DNA of 64,000 bases from Gemmatimonas sp. (GTDB lineage Bacteria > Pseudomonadota > Alphaproteobacteria > SMXQ01), in assembly GCA_050260515.1 (NCBI GenBank), contig JBLNCI010000006.1, positions 37,273-101,272 of the forward strand, given 5' to 3'. Within the stretch, counting starts at the first letter, position 1. Each line of letters begins with the position of its first letter. Under the pieces are notes generated by a model. It had not been told where the DNA came from and made no database searches. It was given only the letters and a program-made list of their open reading frames with translations. The position numbers and the translations under genes were made by a program. Shown here in pieces: positions 16,134-24,732 of the stretch.

Positions 16134-17084
16134 TTGTCCGGAAGTTTTTTTCGAAGGATTGACCTCGCTGGGATCTCCGCGCTGAAGAAAAGCACGCTGG
16201 ACTATCTCGTCGAGAAAGCCTCGAAGACAATCGAGGATGAGGCAGCTGTCAGTGAACTTCATCGGCAAATTGCGCAGCACCAGGCGACGATCGCGCAGAT
16301 AAACCAAAAGCTCCATGAGGTTTCGATCGCCCTCCAGGAGAAGGAAAGCCGTGACTATCAGTCGGTCATGGCGCTCCAGGCGACGCTTGCGGGCCTCAAG
16401 GATCTAGATCCCGGCTTTGCCCCCATCTACGAGGCGTGCAAGCCATTCACGATGACCTCTGCAGAGCGACTCTACGGCCTATACAAAGCCGTGGAGTACA
16501 TCGTGAACAACAAAATCCCGGGGGATCTGGTCGAAACCGGCGTCTGGAGAGGCGGCAGCATGATGCTCGTCGCTCAGACGCTGCTCGCATTGGGAGAGAA
16601 GAACCGCCGCCTCTTCCTTTTCGACACCTACGAAGGGCATCCCAAGCCCGACGCCGAGCTCGACGTCGATCTCTGGGGTAATCGAGCAATCGAAGATTGG
16701 CAGCGTCACCAGAAGACGGATGAAGGAAGTGGCTGGGGCTACGTGTCGCTCGAAGAAGTTCGGGCGAACATGCAAAGCACCGGCTATCCGATGGAGAACG
16801 TCGTTTGCGTCAAAGGCATGGTCGAAGAAACCGTCGCGGAAAACTCGCCGGGCCAGATCTCGCTCCTTCGTCTCGATACCGACTGGTATCAGTCGACAAA
16901 GATCACGCTGGAGATTTGCTACCCACGGCTGAGTCCGAACGGTGTCCTCATCATTGACGATTACGGGCATTACCGGGGTCAGCGTCAGGCCGTCGATGCC
17001 TATTTCCGCGATCGACAGATGCCCCTCCTCAATCGTCTCGATTACAGCTGCCGCTTGGCGGTGAAGCCCACCGATCAAGGTTGA
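16134..17084 (+). CDS. TylF/MycF-family (macrocin-type) SAM-dependent O-methyltransferase with N-terminal coiled-coil extension
   Basis: TTG start 16134 five nt after AGGAGA. IPGDLVETGVWRGGSMML...LFLFDTYEGHP...LLRLDTDWYQSTKITLEICYPRLSPNGVLIIDDYGHYRGQRQAVDAY is the TylF-family core. The first ~100 aa are heptad-like. AT-richer codon usage. Confidence 0.75.
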   Translation: MSGSFFRRIDLAGISALKKSTLDYLVEKASKTIEDEAAVSELHRQIAQHQATIAQINQKLHEVSIALQEKESRDYQSVMALQATLAGLKDLDPGFAPIYEACKPFTMTSAERLYGLYKAVEYIVNNKIPGDLVETGVWRGGSMMLVAQTLLALGEKNRRLFLFDTYEGHPKPDAELDVDLWGNRAIEDWQRHQKTDEGSGWGYVSLEEVRANMQSTGYPMENVVCVKGMVEETVAENSPGQISLLRLDTDWYQSTKITLEICYPRLSPNGVLIIDDYGHYRGQRQAVDAYFRDRQMPLLNRLDYSCRLAVKPTDQG

Positions 17085-17158
17085 GCCATCAACGCGCACG
17101 CCGATCCGTTGCGCGCCGTATTCGCACCCTGACATCGCAAAATTGAACCCCCGACCGG

Positions 17159-17431
17159 ATGTCTCCGGCGGGGGCCGCACGTCGTCCGTTGGCGCGGACG
17201 GCGCATGCACGCACCACCTCATCGGGGATTGCCTTGAACCACGACACAGCCAAACACGCGGCCGATTGGGCCGCGGGCGGGATCACGCTCGCGGTCATTG
17301 TGCAATGGCTTCCCCCGGTCGCCGCGGCCGTGACGATCATCTATACGCTGATCCGGATCTGGGAGACCCAGACCGCGCGTCGACTGCTCAGGGCCGTGTG
17401 CGAGCGGTGCGCGGCATGGTGGGAGGCGTGA
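17159..17431 (+). CDS. Small single-TM protein, holin/antiholin candidate (start uncertain)
   Basis: High-GC3 frame. WAAGGITLAVIVQWLPPVAAAVTIIYTLI is a TM helix followed by a basic tail. The track ATG 17159 lies inside a strong hairpin (17148-17174), so a later TTG (17189 or 17234) may be the real start. The end overlaps the endolysin start. Confidence 0.45.
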   Translation: MSPAGAARRPLARTAHARTTSSGIALNHDTAKHAADWAAGGITLAVIVQWLPPVAAAVTIIYTLIRIWETQTARRLLRAVCERCAAWWEA

Positions 17432-17844
17432 CGTTCGACCTCGCGGCACTCACCGCCGAGCTGATCCGCGACGAGGGGCTGAAGCTGAAGCCCTACCGCT
17501 GCACGGCGGGCCGACTCACCATCGGAGTCGGTCGGAACCTGGTCGACAAGGGGATCACGGAACCGGAAGCCAAAGACCTCCTGGCCAACGACATCGTTGA
17601 CGCCGCCGATGGGCTCGACAAGGCCGTGCCGTGGTGGCGGTCGCTCTCGGATGCTCGGCAGAGGGCTTTGATGAACATGGCCTTCAACATGGGAATTGCG
17701 GGGCTTCTCGGCTTCCGCCGGATGCTCGGATTCATGGCGAAGGGCGATTTCACCAGCGCCGCCGCGGAAGCGCGGGCATCGAAGTGGGCCGCGCAGGTTG
17801 GCTCCCGCGCCCAGCGCATCGCGCAGATGATCGAGGAGGGCTAG
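17416..17844 (+). CDS. Endolysin, GH24 T4-lysozyme-like muramidase
   Basis: ATG 17416 inside ORF 17143..17844. LIRDEGLKLKPYRCTAGRLTIGVGRNL aligns with T4 lysozyme [26 protein letters not shown]. Catalytic Glu-8aa-Cys-5aa-Thr, with Cys in place of Asp. Confidence 0.85.
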   Translation: MVGGVTFDLAALTAELIRDEGLKLKPYRCTAGRLTIGVGRNLVDKGITEPEAKDLLANDIVDAADGLDKAVPWWRSLSDARQRALMNMAFNMGIAGLLGFRRMLGFMAKGDFTSAAAEARASKWAAQVGSRAQRIAQMIEEG

Positions 17845-18261
17845 ATGGCCTTCGGAATAGACGACATCGTCGGCGCCGGCTTGCGGATCATCGACAAGGT
17901 GATTCCCGATCCGGTCGCGCGGGAACGGGCCAAGGTCGAGCTGTTGAAACAGCAGCAGGCGGGCGAGCTGGACGAGATCAAGGCGTCGCTCGCGGCCATT
18001 ATCGCCGAGGCCCAATCCGCCGACCCGTGGACCAGCCGGGCCCGGCCGACCTTCCTCTACATCATGTACAGCGTGATCATCCTCGCCTTCGTCGGCGGGG
18101 TCATCGGGATCTGGGCTCCGGCGCATGTCGACCGGGCCGCCGCCAACATCGGCAAGCTGCTCGCCGCGATTCCCGACAGCCTGTGGTGGCTGTTCGGCGC
18201 GGGCTACCTCGGCTACACGGGGGCGCGCTCGTTCGACAAGTGGCGGGGCGGCGCCCGCTGA
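17845..18261 (+). CDS. 3-TM holin of the family first described for gene-transfer-agent release
   Basis: 138 aa. N-terminal IIDKVIPDPVARERAKVELLKQQQAGELDEIKASL...ADPWTSRARP followed by hydrophobic helices, as in the 'holin of 3TMs' family. ATG immediately follows the endolysin TAG. Confidence 0.7.
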   Translation: MAFGIDDIVGAGLRIIDKVIPDPVARERAKVELLKQQQAGELDEIKASLAAIIAEAQSADPWTSRARPTFLYIMYSVIILAFVGGVIGIWAPAHVDRAAANIGKLLAAIPDSLWWLFGAGYLGYTGARSFDKWRGGAR

Positions 18262-18267
18262 CCGTCG

Positions 18268-19251
18268 TCAGCCCACGACGTTGACCGGAGCGCCGCGCTC
18301 ATACGCCTCGATGTTGTCGATCAATTGATCGCACAGGCGCTGCATCGCGCCGATGCTTGCCCAGGCTACGTGCGGCGTCACGATCGCGTTCGGCAATCGC
18401 GCGATCTGCATGGCCGCGGAGTCCGCCGCCGGCGGCTCCCGCGATACGACGTCGAGCGCCGCTCCCGCGATCCATCCCTCCTGCAAGGCATGCAGCAGCG
18501 CGTCCTCGTCGACGATGCCGCCGCGCGCGGTGTTGACGAGGATCGCGTCCGGCCTCATGCGCCGCAACTCCTCCCGTCCGATCATTCCCCGCGTCTCGGC
18601 GGTGAGCGGCAGATGCAGCGTGACGACGTCCGACAGGTGCAGGAGTTCGTCGAGCGATACGAACCGCTCGCCCGGAGGAGGGACCGTCACGTGCGGGTTG
18701 CAGAACATGATCTTCATCCCGAACGCGTGACCCAGTGCCGCGACCGCGCGCCCCAGCGCGCCGGACCCGACAACGCCCAACGTCGCTCCGGCCAGATCGC
18801 GAATGGGCCGATTGAAGAAGCAGAACTGGCCAGCGTCCTGCCAGCGGCCGGAAAGGACCTGGTCGCGGTACTCGACCAGGTTGCGGCGCAGCGCGAGGAT
18901 CAGGGCGAACGTGTGCTCGGGGACCGTCGTGGTCGCGTAGCCGCGGATGTTGGAGACCGTGATGCCGCGGCGGCGACACTCCGGCACGTCGATGACGTCG
19001 GTTCCGGTGGCGGCGACCGCGATCATCCGCAGTCGCGGTAGCGCGGCAATCGTCTCGGCGCGCAGCGGCACCTTGTTCGTGATCGCGATCTCGGCGTCCG
19101 CGAGGCGCTCGACGATCCGGTCCGGTGCGGTTTGCGGGTGATCGATCCACGCGTGATCGAACTGCGGGCGGCGAATGGTGACCCCCGGGCCGATCGTCGC
19201 GCGGTCGAGGAAGACGATCGTCGAGCGAGCCATAGCGCGATTCCAGGCCAT
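18268..19251 (-). CDS. D-isomer-specific 2-hydroxyacid dehydrogenase (glycerate dehydrogenase/hydroxypyruvate reductase-like)
   Basis: 327 aa. NAD-binding LGVVGSGALGRAVA; ...NTARGGIVDE...TPHVAWAS catalytic-region motifs. Confidence 0.85.
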   Translation of the reverse strand: MAWNRAMARSTIVFLDRATIGPGVTIRRPQFDHAWIDHPQTAPDRIVERLADAEIAITNKVPLRAETIAALPRLRMIAVAATGTDVIDVPECRRRGITVSNIRGYATTTVPEHTFALILALRRNLVEYRDQVLSGRWQDAGQFCFFNRPIRDLAGATLGVVGSGALGRAVAALGHAFGMKIMFCNPHVTVPPPGERFVSLDELLHLSDVVTLHLPLTAETRGMIGREELRRMRPDAILVNTARGGIVDEDALLHALQEGWIAGAALDVVSREPPAADSAAMQIARLPNAIVTPHVAWASIGAMQRLCDQLIDNIEAYERGAPVNVVG

Positions 19252-19411
19252 GGCGGCGCCCGAGTCAAATGCCGCCGGCTCGTCGGGAACGATGATCGCG
19301 TCACGGAAGGATGACGCGAGCCGCTGCGATCGTTACCGGGCGTTTAACGCCCGGTCTGCCGCTGTCGATCGGCGCTGGCCGAGAGGCTGCCGTTCGGTCG
19401 CGATGTGGGAA

Positions 19412-19486
19412 TGGTGCCGCCGAGTGGAATCGAACCACCGACCCCGTCCTTACCAAGGACGTGCTCTGCCCCTGAGCTACGGCGGC
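19412..19486 (-). tRNA. tRNA-Thr (anticodon GGU)
   Basis: Reverse complement GCCGCCGTAGCTCAGGGGCAGAGCACGTCCTTGGTAAGGACGGGGTCGGTGGTTCGATTCCACTCGGCGGCACCA folds as a cloverleaf. Anticodon arm CGTCC-TTGGTAA-GGACG. Encoded CCA. Confidence 0.95.
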
Positions 19487-19922
19487 ATGGGGGAAAAAAG
19501 AGGCGCGCAACTTGCCACACAGGATTCCGCAGCGCAACCTTTGTGGCCGCGGCCTCTTCCGCGAAGATCGCAGCGCGCCCGCATTGCGACCGCGCCGGGA
19601 GCGGGGCATCCTAGATGGCGGTATTGAAGGAACCCTTACCTGCCGCGTCCCGCTTCCATGGCCGATCAGCCGAGAACTCCAGCCAAACCGCGCCCTGCGG
19701 CATCCGACACCGGGTCCAAGACCCCCCGGGCGGAACGCCTTGCCCGGGCTCTCCGCGACAATCTGGTGAAGCGAAAGGCCCAGGGCCGTGCCCGGTCCGG
19801 AGACGGCAACTCCGACCACAACAAAGGGTGAGACGGCGAGCCGTGCCTTGAACGGACTCGCCCTGGTGCGCTAACAAGAGCGCGCCGGCGCGATACCCGC
19901 GCCATCCGCTAAGGACGATTTC

Positions 19923-20477
19923 ATGGGGATTTTGCCCGATACCTGGATCCGCGATATGGCGACGAAGCACGGCATGATCGAGCCGTTCGTCGAGAACCAG
20001 AGGCGGGAAGGGGTGATTTCGTACGGGCTCTCGTCCTACGGCTACGACGCCCGCGTCGCTCCCGAGTTCAAGATCTTCACCAACGTCGACTCCGCGGTGG
20101 TCGACCCGAAGAAGTTCTCGTCCCAGAGCTTCGTCGATCGCACCGGCGACACCTGCATCATCCCGCCCAACAGCTTCGCGCTCGGCCGCACCGTCGAGTA
20201 TTTCCGGGTTCCCCGTGACGTGCTGGTCATCTGCCTCGGCAAGTCGACCTACGCGCGGTGCGGCATCATCGTCAACGTGACGCCGCTCGAGCCCGAGTGG
20301 GAGGGCCACGTGACGCTCGAATTCTCCAACACGACGCCGCTGCCGGCGCGCATCTACGCCAACGAAGGCGCGTGCCAGTTCCTGTTCCTCAAAGGCGAGG
20401 GCTCGTGCGAAGTCTCCTACGCCGATCGCGGCGGCAAGTACATGCGCCAGACCGGCGTCACCCTCCCCAAGCTCTGA
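19923..20477 (+). CDS. dcd: dCTP deaminase
   Basis: 184 aa. [13 protein letters not shown]...[15 protein letters not shown]...[28 protein letters not shown] is a typical Dcd sequence. Confidence 0.95.
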   Translation: MGILPDTWIRDMATKHGMIEPFVENQRREGVISYGLSSYGYDARVAPEFKIFTNVDSAVVDPKKFSSQSFVDRTGDTCIIPPNSFALGRTVEYFRVPRDVLVICLGKSTYARCGIIVNVTPLEPEWEGHVTLEFSNTTPLPARIYANEGACQFLFLKGEGSCEVSYADRGGKYMRQTGVTLPKL

Positions 20478-20488
20478 GCGTCTGACCG

Positions 20489-21775
20489 ATGGATCGCATT
20501 CGTATTCGCGGCGGGCGCAGGCTGCGCGGCGCCGTGCCGATCTCGGGCGCCAAGAACGCGGCGCTCCCGCTGATGGCGGCAAGCCTGCTGACCGACAAGC
20601 CGCTCACGCTCATCAACATCCCGCATCTCGCCGACATCTCCACCATGGCCGATCTGCTCGCGCAGCTCGGCGTCGGCATCGAGATGAACGGCCACGCGAA
20701 GAACGGCGGCAACACCGGTCGCGCGCTGACGCTCTCGGCCGGCACTATCCGGTCCACCGTGGCGCCCTACGACCTCGTCCGCAAGATGCGGGCGTCGGTG
20801 CTGGTGCTCGGCCCGTTGCTGGCCCGCGAGGGGAAGGCCAAGGTGTCGTTGCCCGGCGGGTGCGCCATCGGCAACCGGCCGGTCGATCTTCACGTGAAGG
20901 CGCTGCAGCAGATGGGCGCCGAGATCGATCTCGAGGGTGGCTACATCACCGCGCGCGCCAAGAGGCGACTGAAGGGCGCGCACATCGTGTTCCCGTTCAT
21001 CTCCGTCGGCGCCACCGAGAATCTCCTGATGGCGGCCTCGCTCGCGAGCGGCTGCACGGTCCTCGACAACGCCGCCCGCGAGCCCGAGATCGCCGACCTG
21101 GCCAAGTGCCTGGTCGCCATGGGCGCGAAGATCGACGGCATCGGCACGGAACGTCTCACGATCGAAGGCGTTTCCAAGCTTCACGGGGCCGATCATCCGA
21201 TCGTCGCCGACCGCATCGAGATGGGCACCTACGCGATGGCGGTCGGCGCGGCGGGCGGCGAGGTCGAGTTGATCGGCGCGGACATGGCGCTGGCGGAGGC
21301 GACGTTCGCGAAACTGGTCGAGGCCGGACTCAAGGTTTCGGCGACCAAGCGCGGCGTGAAGGTCGCCCGCGGCCAGCGGCCATTGAAGGGCGTCGACGTC
21401 ATGACCGAGCCGTTCCCCGGCTTCCCGACCGACCTCCAGGCGCAGATGATGGCGCTGATGTCGACGGCGTCCGGCGCGGCGATGATCACGGAGACGATCT
21501 TCGAGAATCGGTTCATGCACGTGCCGGAGTTGTCGCGCATGGGCGCCAACATTACGGTCCACGGCGCTTCGGCGATGGTGCGGGGAGTCAAGGAACTGAC
21601 CGGTGCCCAGGTCATGGCGACGGACCTCCGTGCGTCGGTGTCGCTGGTGGTCGCCGGCCTCGCCGCGGGTGGAGAAACCGTCGTGAACCGGGTGTATCAT
21701 CTGGACCGCGGCTACGAGCGGCTCGAGGAGAAGCTCTCGACCCTCGGCGCCGATATCGAGCGACTGCACGACTAG
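20489..21775 (+). CDS. murA: UDP-N-acetylglucosamine 1-carboxyvinyltransferase
   Basis: 428 aa. [34 protein letters not shown]...; full-length MurA pattern. Confidence 0.95.
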   Translation: MDRIRIRGGRRLRGAVPISGAKNAALPLMAASLLTDKPLTLINIPHLADISTMADLLAQLGVGIEMNGHAKNGGNTGRALTLSAGTIRSTVAPYDLVRKMRASVLVLGPLLAREGKAKVSLPGGCAIGNRPVDLHVKALQQMGAEIDLEGGYITARAKRRLKGAHIVFPFISVGATENLLMAASLASGCTVLDNAAREPEIADLAKCLVAMGAKIDGIGTERLTIEGVSKLHGADHPIVADRIEMGTYAMAVGAAGGEVELIGADMALAEATFAKLVEAGLKVSATKRGVKVARGQRPLKGVDVMTEPFPGFPTDLQAQMMALMSTASGAAMITETIFENRFMHVPELSRMGANITVHGASAMVRGVKELTGAQVMATDLRASVSLVVAGLAAGGETVVNRVYHLDRGYERLEEKLSTLGADIERLHD

Positions 21776-21798
21776 CGCCTGCGCGAGTGGGGCTCACG

Positions 21799-22311
21799 AT
21801 GGCCGAGAAGCTGAAGCTTCGCGCCGAAGACGAAGAGGACGTTCAGGTCATCTCAGCGTGTCTCCAGGACGCGCTGGTCGCCGTCGGCGACATGTGCTTC
21901 CTCAAGGACGAGCACCGCTTCGTGCTCGTCGCCAATCGTTTCTGCTGGGAGGATGTCAGCGCCGATTCGCTGCCGGAGATCGCCGACGCGGACGGCGACG
22001 AGGACGTATCGCCGGACGAAGAGGAGGACGCCGGATATCAGCGTGTCCATTGCGGCCTTTGCTTCGAGACCGTCACCGGCGTGAAGGTCCGGGGCTTCGA
22101 CCCGCGCGACTCCAGCCGGATCCTCGAGTTGCTGGCGCTGACGACGGAGGGCGAGGACGGCAGCGCCGCGGTGCGGCTGATCTTCGCCGGCGACGCCGAA
22201 ATCCTGCTCCGGACCGAGCGCGTCGAGTGCCGGATGGAGGACCTCGACGAGCACTGGCCGACGGCCTTCCGTCCGAAACATCCAGTGGCGCCCTCGGGAC
22301 AAAACCGCTAA
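21799..22311 (+). CDS. DUF2948-family protein
   Basis: ATG 21799 inside ORF 20860..22311. Acidic 170-aa protein ([21 protein letters not shown]...) in the conserved murA-hisG interval of Rhizobiales. Confidence 0.6.
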   Translation: MAEKLKLRAEDEEDVQVISACLQDALVAVGDMCFLKDEHRFVLVANRFCWEDVSADSLPEIADADGDEDVSPDEEEDAGYQRVHCGLCFETVTGVKVRGFDPRDSSRILELLALTTEGEDGSAAVRLIFAGDAEILLRTERVECRMEDLDEHWPTAFRPKHPVAPSGQNR

Positions 22312-22424
22312 AACTCCCGCCTTCCCGCGATTGCGCGGGCTCTGTCCGCAATAACGCTTTGATTCTGAAAAGCTTCTCGGCCGCGCCGCGCGGCCGAAGC
22401 CGTGGAGATCGGGCCGTGGAGCCG

Positions 22425-23099
22425 ATGCCGGCCACCAACAAGCCGCTCGTCATGGCGCTTCCGAAAGGACGCATCCTGGACGAGTTCCGACCGCTGATGG
22501 ACCGGGTGGGAATCCGCCCGGAGCCGGCGTTCGACGACCCGAAGACCCGGAAGCTCAAGTTCACCACCAATCGGCCCGATCTCGAGATCATCTCGGTGCG
22601 CAGCTTCGACGTCGCGACCATCGTCGCCTTCGGCGGCGCCGAGCTCGGGGTCGCCGGCAACGACGTCCTGATGGAGTTCGATTACGCCGAGATCTACGCG
22701 CCGCTCGATCTCGGCATCGGCCGTTGCCGCATGTCGGTGGCGGAGCCGACGGAGCTTTCCACCGAGGACGATCCCCGGCGCTGGTCGCACGTCCGCGTCG
22801 CCACGAAATATCCCGAGATCACCCGTCGTCACTTCGCCGCCCGCGGCGTCCAGGCCGAATGCATCAAGCTGAACGGCGCGATGGAGCTCGCTCCGTCGCT
22901 TGGCCTGTCCCAGCGCATCGTCGATCTGGTCTCGACCGGCGCCACGCTGAAGGCGAACGGACTGGTCGAAGTCGAGCAGATCGCCGATGTCACGTCGCGG
23001 CTGATCGTCAACCGTGCGGCGCTGAAGACGCGCCCGGACGAGGTGAAGTCACTGATCGACGACTTCTCGCGCGCCGTCGCCGCTACGCCGCAGGCCTGA
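22425..23099 (+). CDS. hisG: ATP phosphoribosyltransferase, short form
   Basis: ATG 22425 inside ORF 21858..23099. [13 protein letters not shown]...[31 protein letters not shown]...[16 protein letters not shown]. Confidence 0.9.
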   Translation: MPATNKPLVMALPKGRILDEFRPLMDRVGIRPEPAFDDPKTRKLKFTTNRPDLEIISVRSFDVATIVAFGGAELGVAGNDVLMEFDYAEIYAPLDLGIGRCRMSVAEPTELSTEDDPRRWSHVRVATKYPEITRRHFAARGVQAECIKLNGAMELAPSLGLSQRIVDLVSTGATLKANGLVEVEQIADVTSRLIVNRAALKTRPDEVKSLIDDFSRAVAATPQA

Positions 23100-23100
23100 C

Positions 23101-24405
23101 ATGGTCGCCCGGCTTGCCACCTCCGAACCCGATTTCCCGCAACGCCTCGATGCTTTCCTGGCCGGTCGGCAGTCGGAAGAGGCGAACGTCGACCGTGTGG
23201 TTGCCGCGATCATCGCCGATGTCCGCGAGCGGGGCGACGCGGCGGTGCTGGACTACACGGCGCGTTTCGATCGGCTGACGCTCACCTCCGGCACGATGTC
23301 GTTGGGCGCTTCGGACATCGCCAGGGCGGCAGCCGAAGCGGAGCCGAAGGCGGTCGCCGCGCTCAACCTCGCGGCTGAACGGATCTCCGCCTATCACAAG
23401 GCTTTGCTGCCGAAGGACCTTGCCTGGACCGACGCCACCGGAGTGCGTCTCGGCGCGAAGTTCACCGCCATCGGAGCCGTCGGCATCTACGTGCCGGGCG
23501 GGACCGCCGCATATCCGTCGTCCGTCCTGATGAATGCGCTGCCGGCGAAGCTCGCGGGCGTGCCGCGCATCGTCATGGTGGTGCCGACGCCCGATGGAAA
23601 GATCAATCCCTTGGTCCTCGTTGCGGCGAAGCTTGCCGGCGTCGACGAGATCTACCGGATCGGCGGGGCTCAGGCGGTGGCGGCGCTCGCCTTCGGCACG
23701 AGGACGATCCGTCCGGTCGACAAGATCGTGGGGCCGGGCAACGCCTACGTCGCCTCGGCGAAGCGCCAGGTGTTCGGCACCGTGGGCATCGACATGATCG
23801 CCGGCCCGTCGGAGATCCTGGTCGTCGCCGACGCGCAAAACGATCCCGATTGGATTGCCGCCGATCTCCTCTCGCAGGCGGAGCACGACGAGAACGCCCA
23901 GAGCGTTCTCGTTACCGACGACGCGCGGTTCGCGCAGGCGGTCGAGTCGTCCGTCGAGTCGTTCCTGAAGACGCTACCGCGCTCGGCCATCGCCGCCAAG
24001 AGCTGGCAACGCTTCGGGGCCGTCATCGTCGTCCGGTCGCTCGATGAGGCCCCTGCGATCGTCGACCGGATCGCTCCCGAGCACGCCGAGATCGCGGTTG
24101 CCGATCCGGCGTCGATGGCCGACCGGATCCGCAACGCGGGTGCACTCTTCCTCGGCCGCTACACGCCCGAGGCCGTCGGCGACTACGTCGCCGGCCCAAA
24201 TCACGTTCTGCCGACCTCCGGCGCGGCCCGGTTCTCGTCGGGCCTATCGGTCACCGACTTCATGAAGCGGACCTCGGTCGTCGCCTGCGATGCCGAGTCG
24301 CTGCGCGCCATCGGTCCGGCGGCGATGAATCTCGCCGCCGCCGAGGGGCTGGCGGCACACGGCCTGTCGGTCGGTGTCCGGCTCAACGTCGGACGCGGCG
24401 ATTGA
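23101..24405 (+). CDS. hisD: Histidinol dehydrogenase
   Basis: 434 aa. ...YVPGGTAAYPSSVLMNALPAKLAGV...AGPSEILVVAD...LLSQAEHDENAQ... Confidence 0.95.
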   Translation: MVARLATSEPDFPQRLDAFLAGRQSEEANVDRVVAAIIADVRERGDAAVLDYTARFDRLTLTSGTMSLGASDIARAAAEAEPKAVAALNLAAERISAYHKALLPKDLAWTDATGVRLGAKFTAIGAVGIYVPGGTAAYPSSVLMNALPAKLAGVPRIVMVVPTPDGKINPLVLVAAKLAGVDEIYRIGGAQAVAALAFGTRTIRPVDKIVGPGNAYVASAKRQVFGTVGIDMIAGPSEILVVADAQNDPDWIAADLLSQAEHDENAQSVLVTDDARFAQAVESSVESFLKTLPRSAIAAKSWQRFGAVIVVRSLDEAPAIVDRIAPEHAEIAVADPASMADRIRNAGALFLGRYTPEAVGDYVAGPNHVLPTSGAARFSSGLSVTDFMKRTSVVACDAESLRAIGPAAMNLAAAEGLAAHGLSVGVRLNVGRGD

Positions 24406-24507
24406 CCGGAATCGGCATCATTACGGCATCCCGGCCCACGTATCCGGCCTTGACCGGGTGCGCGCCAACGACCATTTTCTAGGCCGCAACCTCGACGCGA
24501 AGGACCA

Positions 24508-24726
24508 ATGCCAAAGGAAGATCTTATCGAGTTCAGCGGTACGGTGACCGAGCTGCTGCCGAACGCCATGTTCCGGGTGAAGCTCGACAACAACCACGAG
24601 ATTCTTGCCCATACCTCGGGCAAGATGCGCAAGAATCGTATCCGCGTGCTCGCTGGCGACCGGGTCAACGTCGAAATGACGCCGTACGACCTGACCAAGG
24701 GTCGCATCATCTTCCGCTTCAAGTAA
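24508..24726 (+). CDS. infA: Translation initiation factor IF-1
   Basis: 72 aa. [53 protein letters not shown]... Confidence 0.97.
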   Translation: MPKEDLIEFSGTVTELLPNAMFRVKLDNNHEILAHTSGKMRKNRIRVLAGDRVNVEMTPYDLTKGRIIFRFK

Positions 24727-24732
24727 CTCCGG

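Larger units (their letters stand above)
1..18261 (+). mobile_element. Late region (packaging, head, tail, lysis) of a podovirus-type prophage or prophage-derived element; left end lies outside the window
   Basis: Unbroken co-directional series terS-terL-portal-Bbp19-like-scaffold-capsid-decoration-tubular A-tubular B-fibre-lysis genes. Several ATGA start/stop overlaps between neighbours. Ends 6 nt from a convergent host gene. Confidence 0.85.

Noticed and set aside
13418-17084. Diversity-generating retroelement, expected because the head module is BPP-1-like.
   Set aside because: No reverse-transcriptase-like ORF and no obvious template/variable repeat pair was seen near the fibre gene. An exhaustive repeat search could not be done by eye.
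19487-19922. A 436-bp non-coding gap between tRNA-Thr and dcd. The stretch GCCCGGUCCGGAGACGGCAAC superficially recalled the SRP (4.5S) RNA conserved helix.
   Set aside because: The diagnostic GGAA tetraloop/AGCA context (CCAGGUCCGGAAGGAAGCAGC) is not present, and no convincing long helix was found by eye. A covariance-model scan (SRP, 6S, alpha-proteobacterial sRNAs) would be needed.
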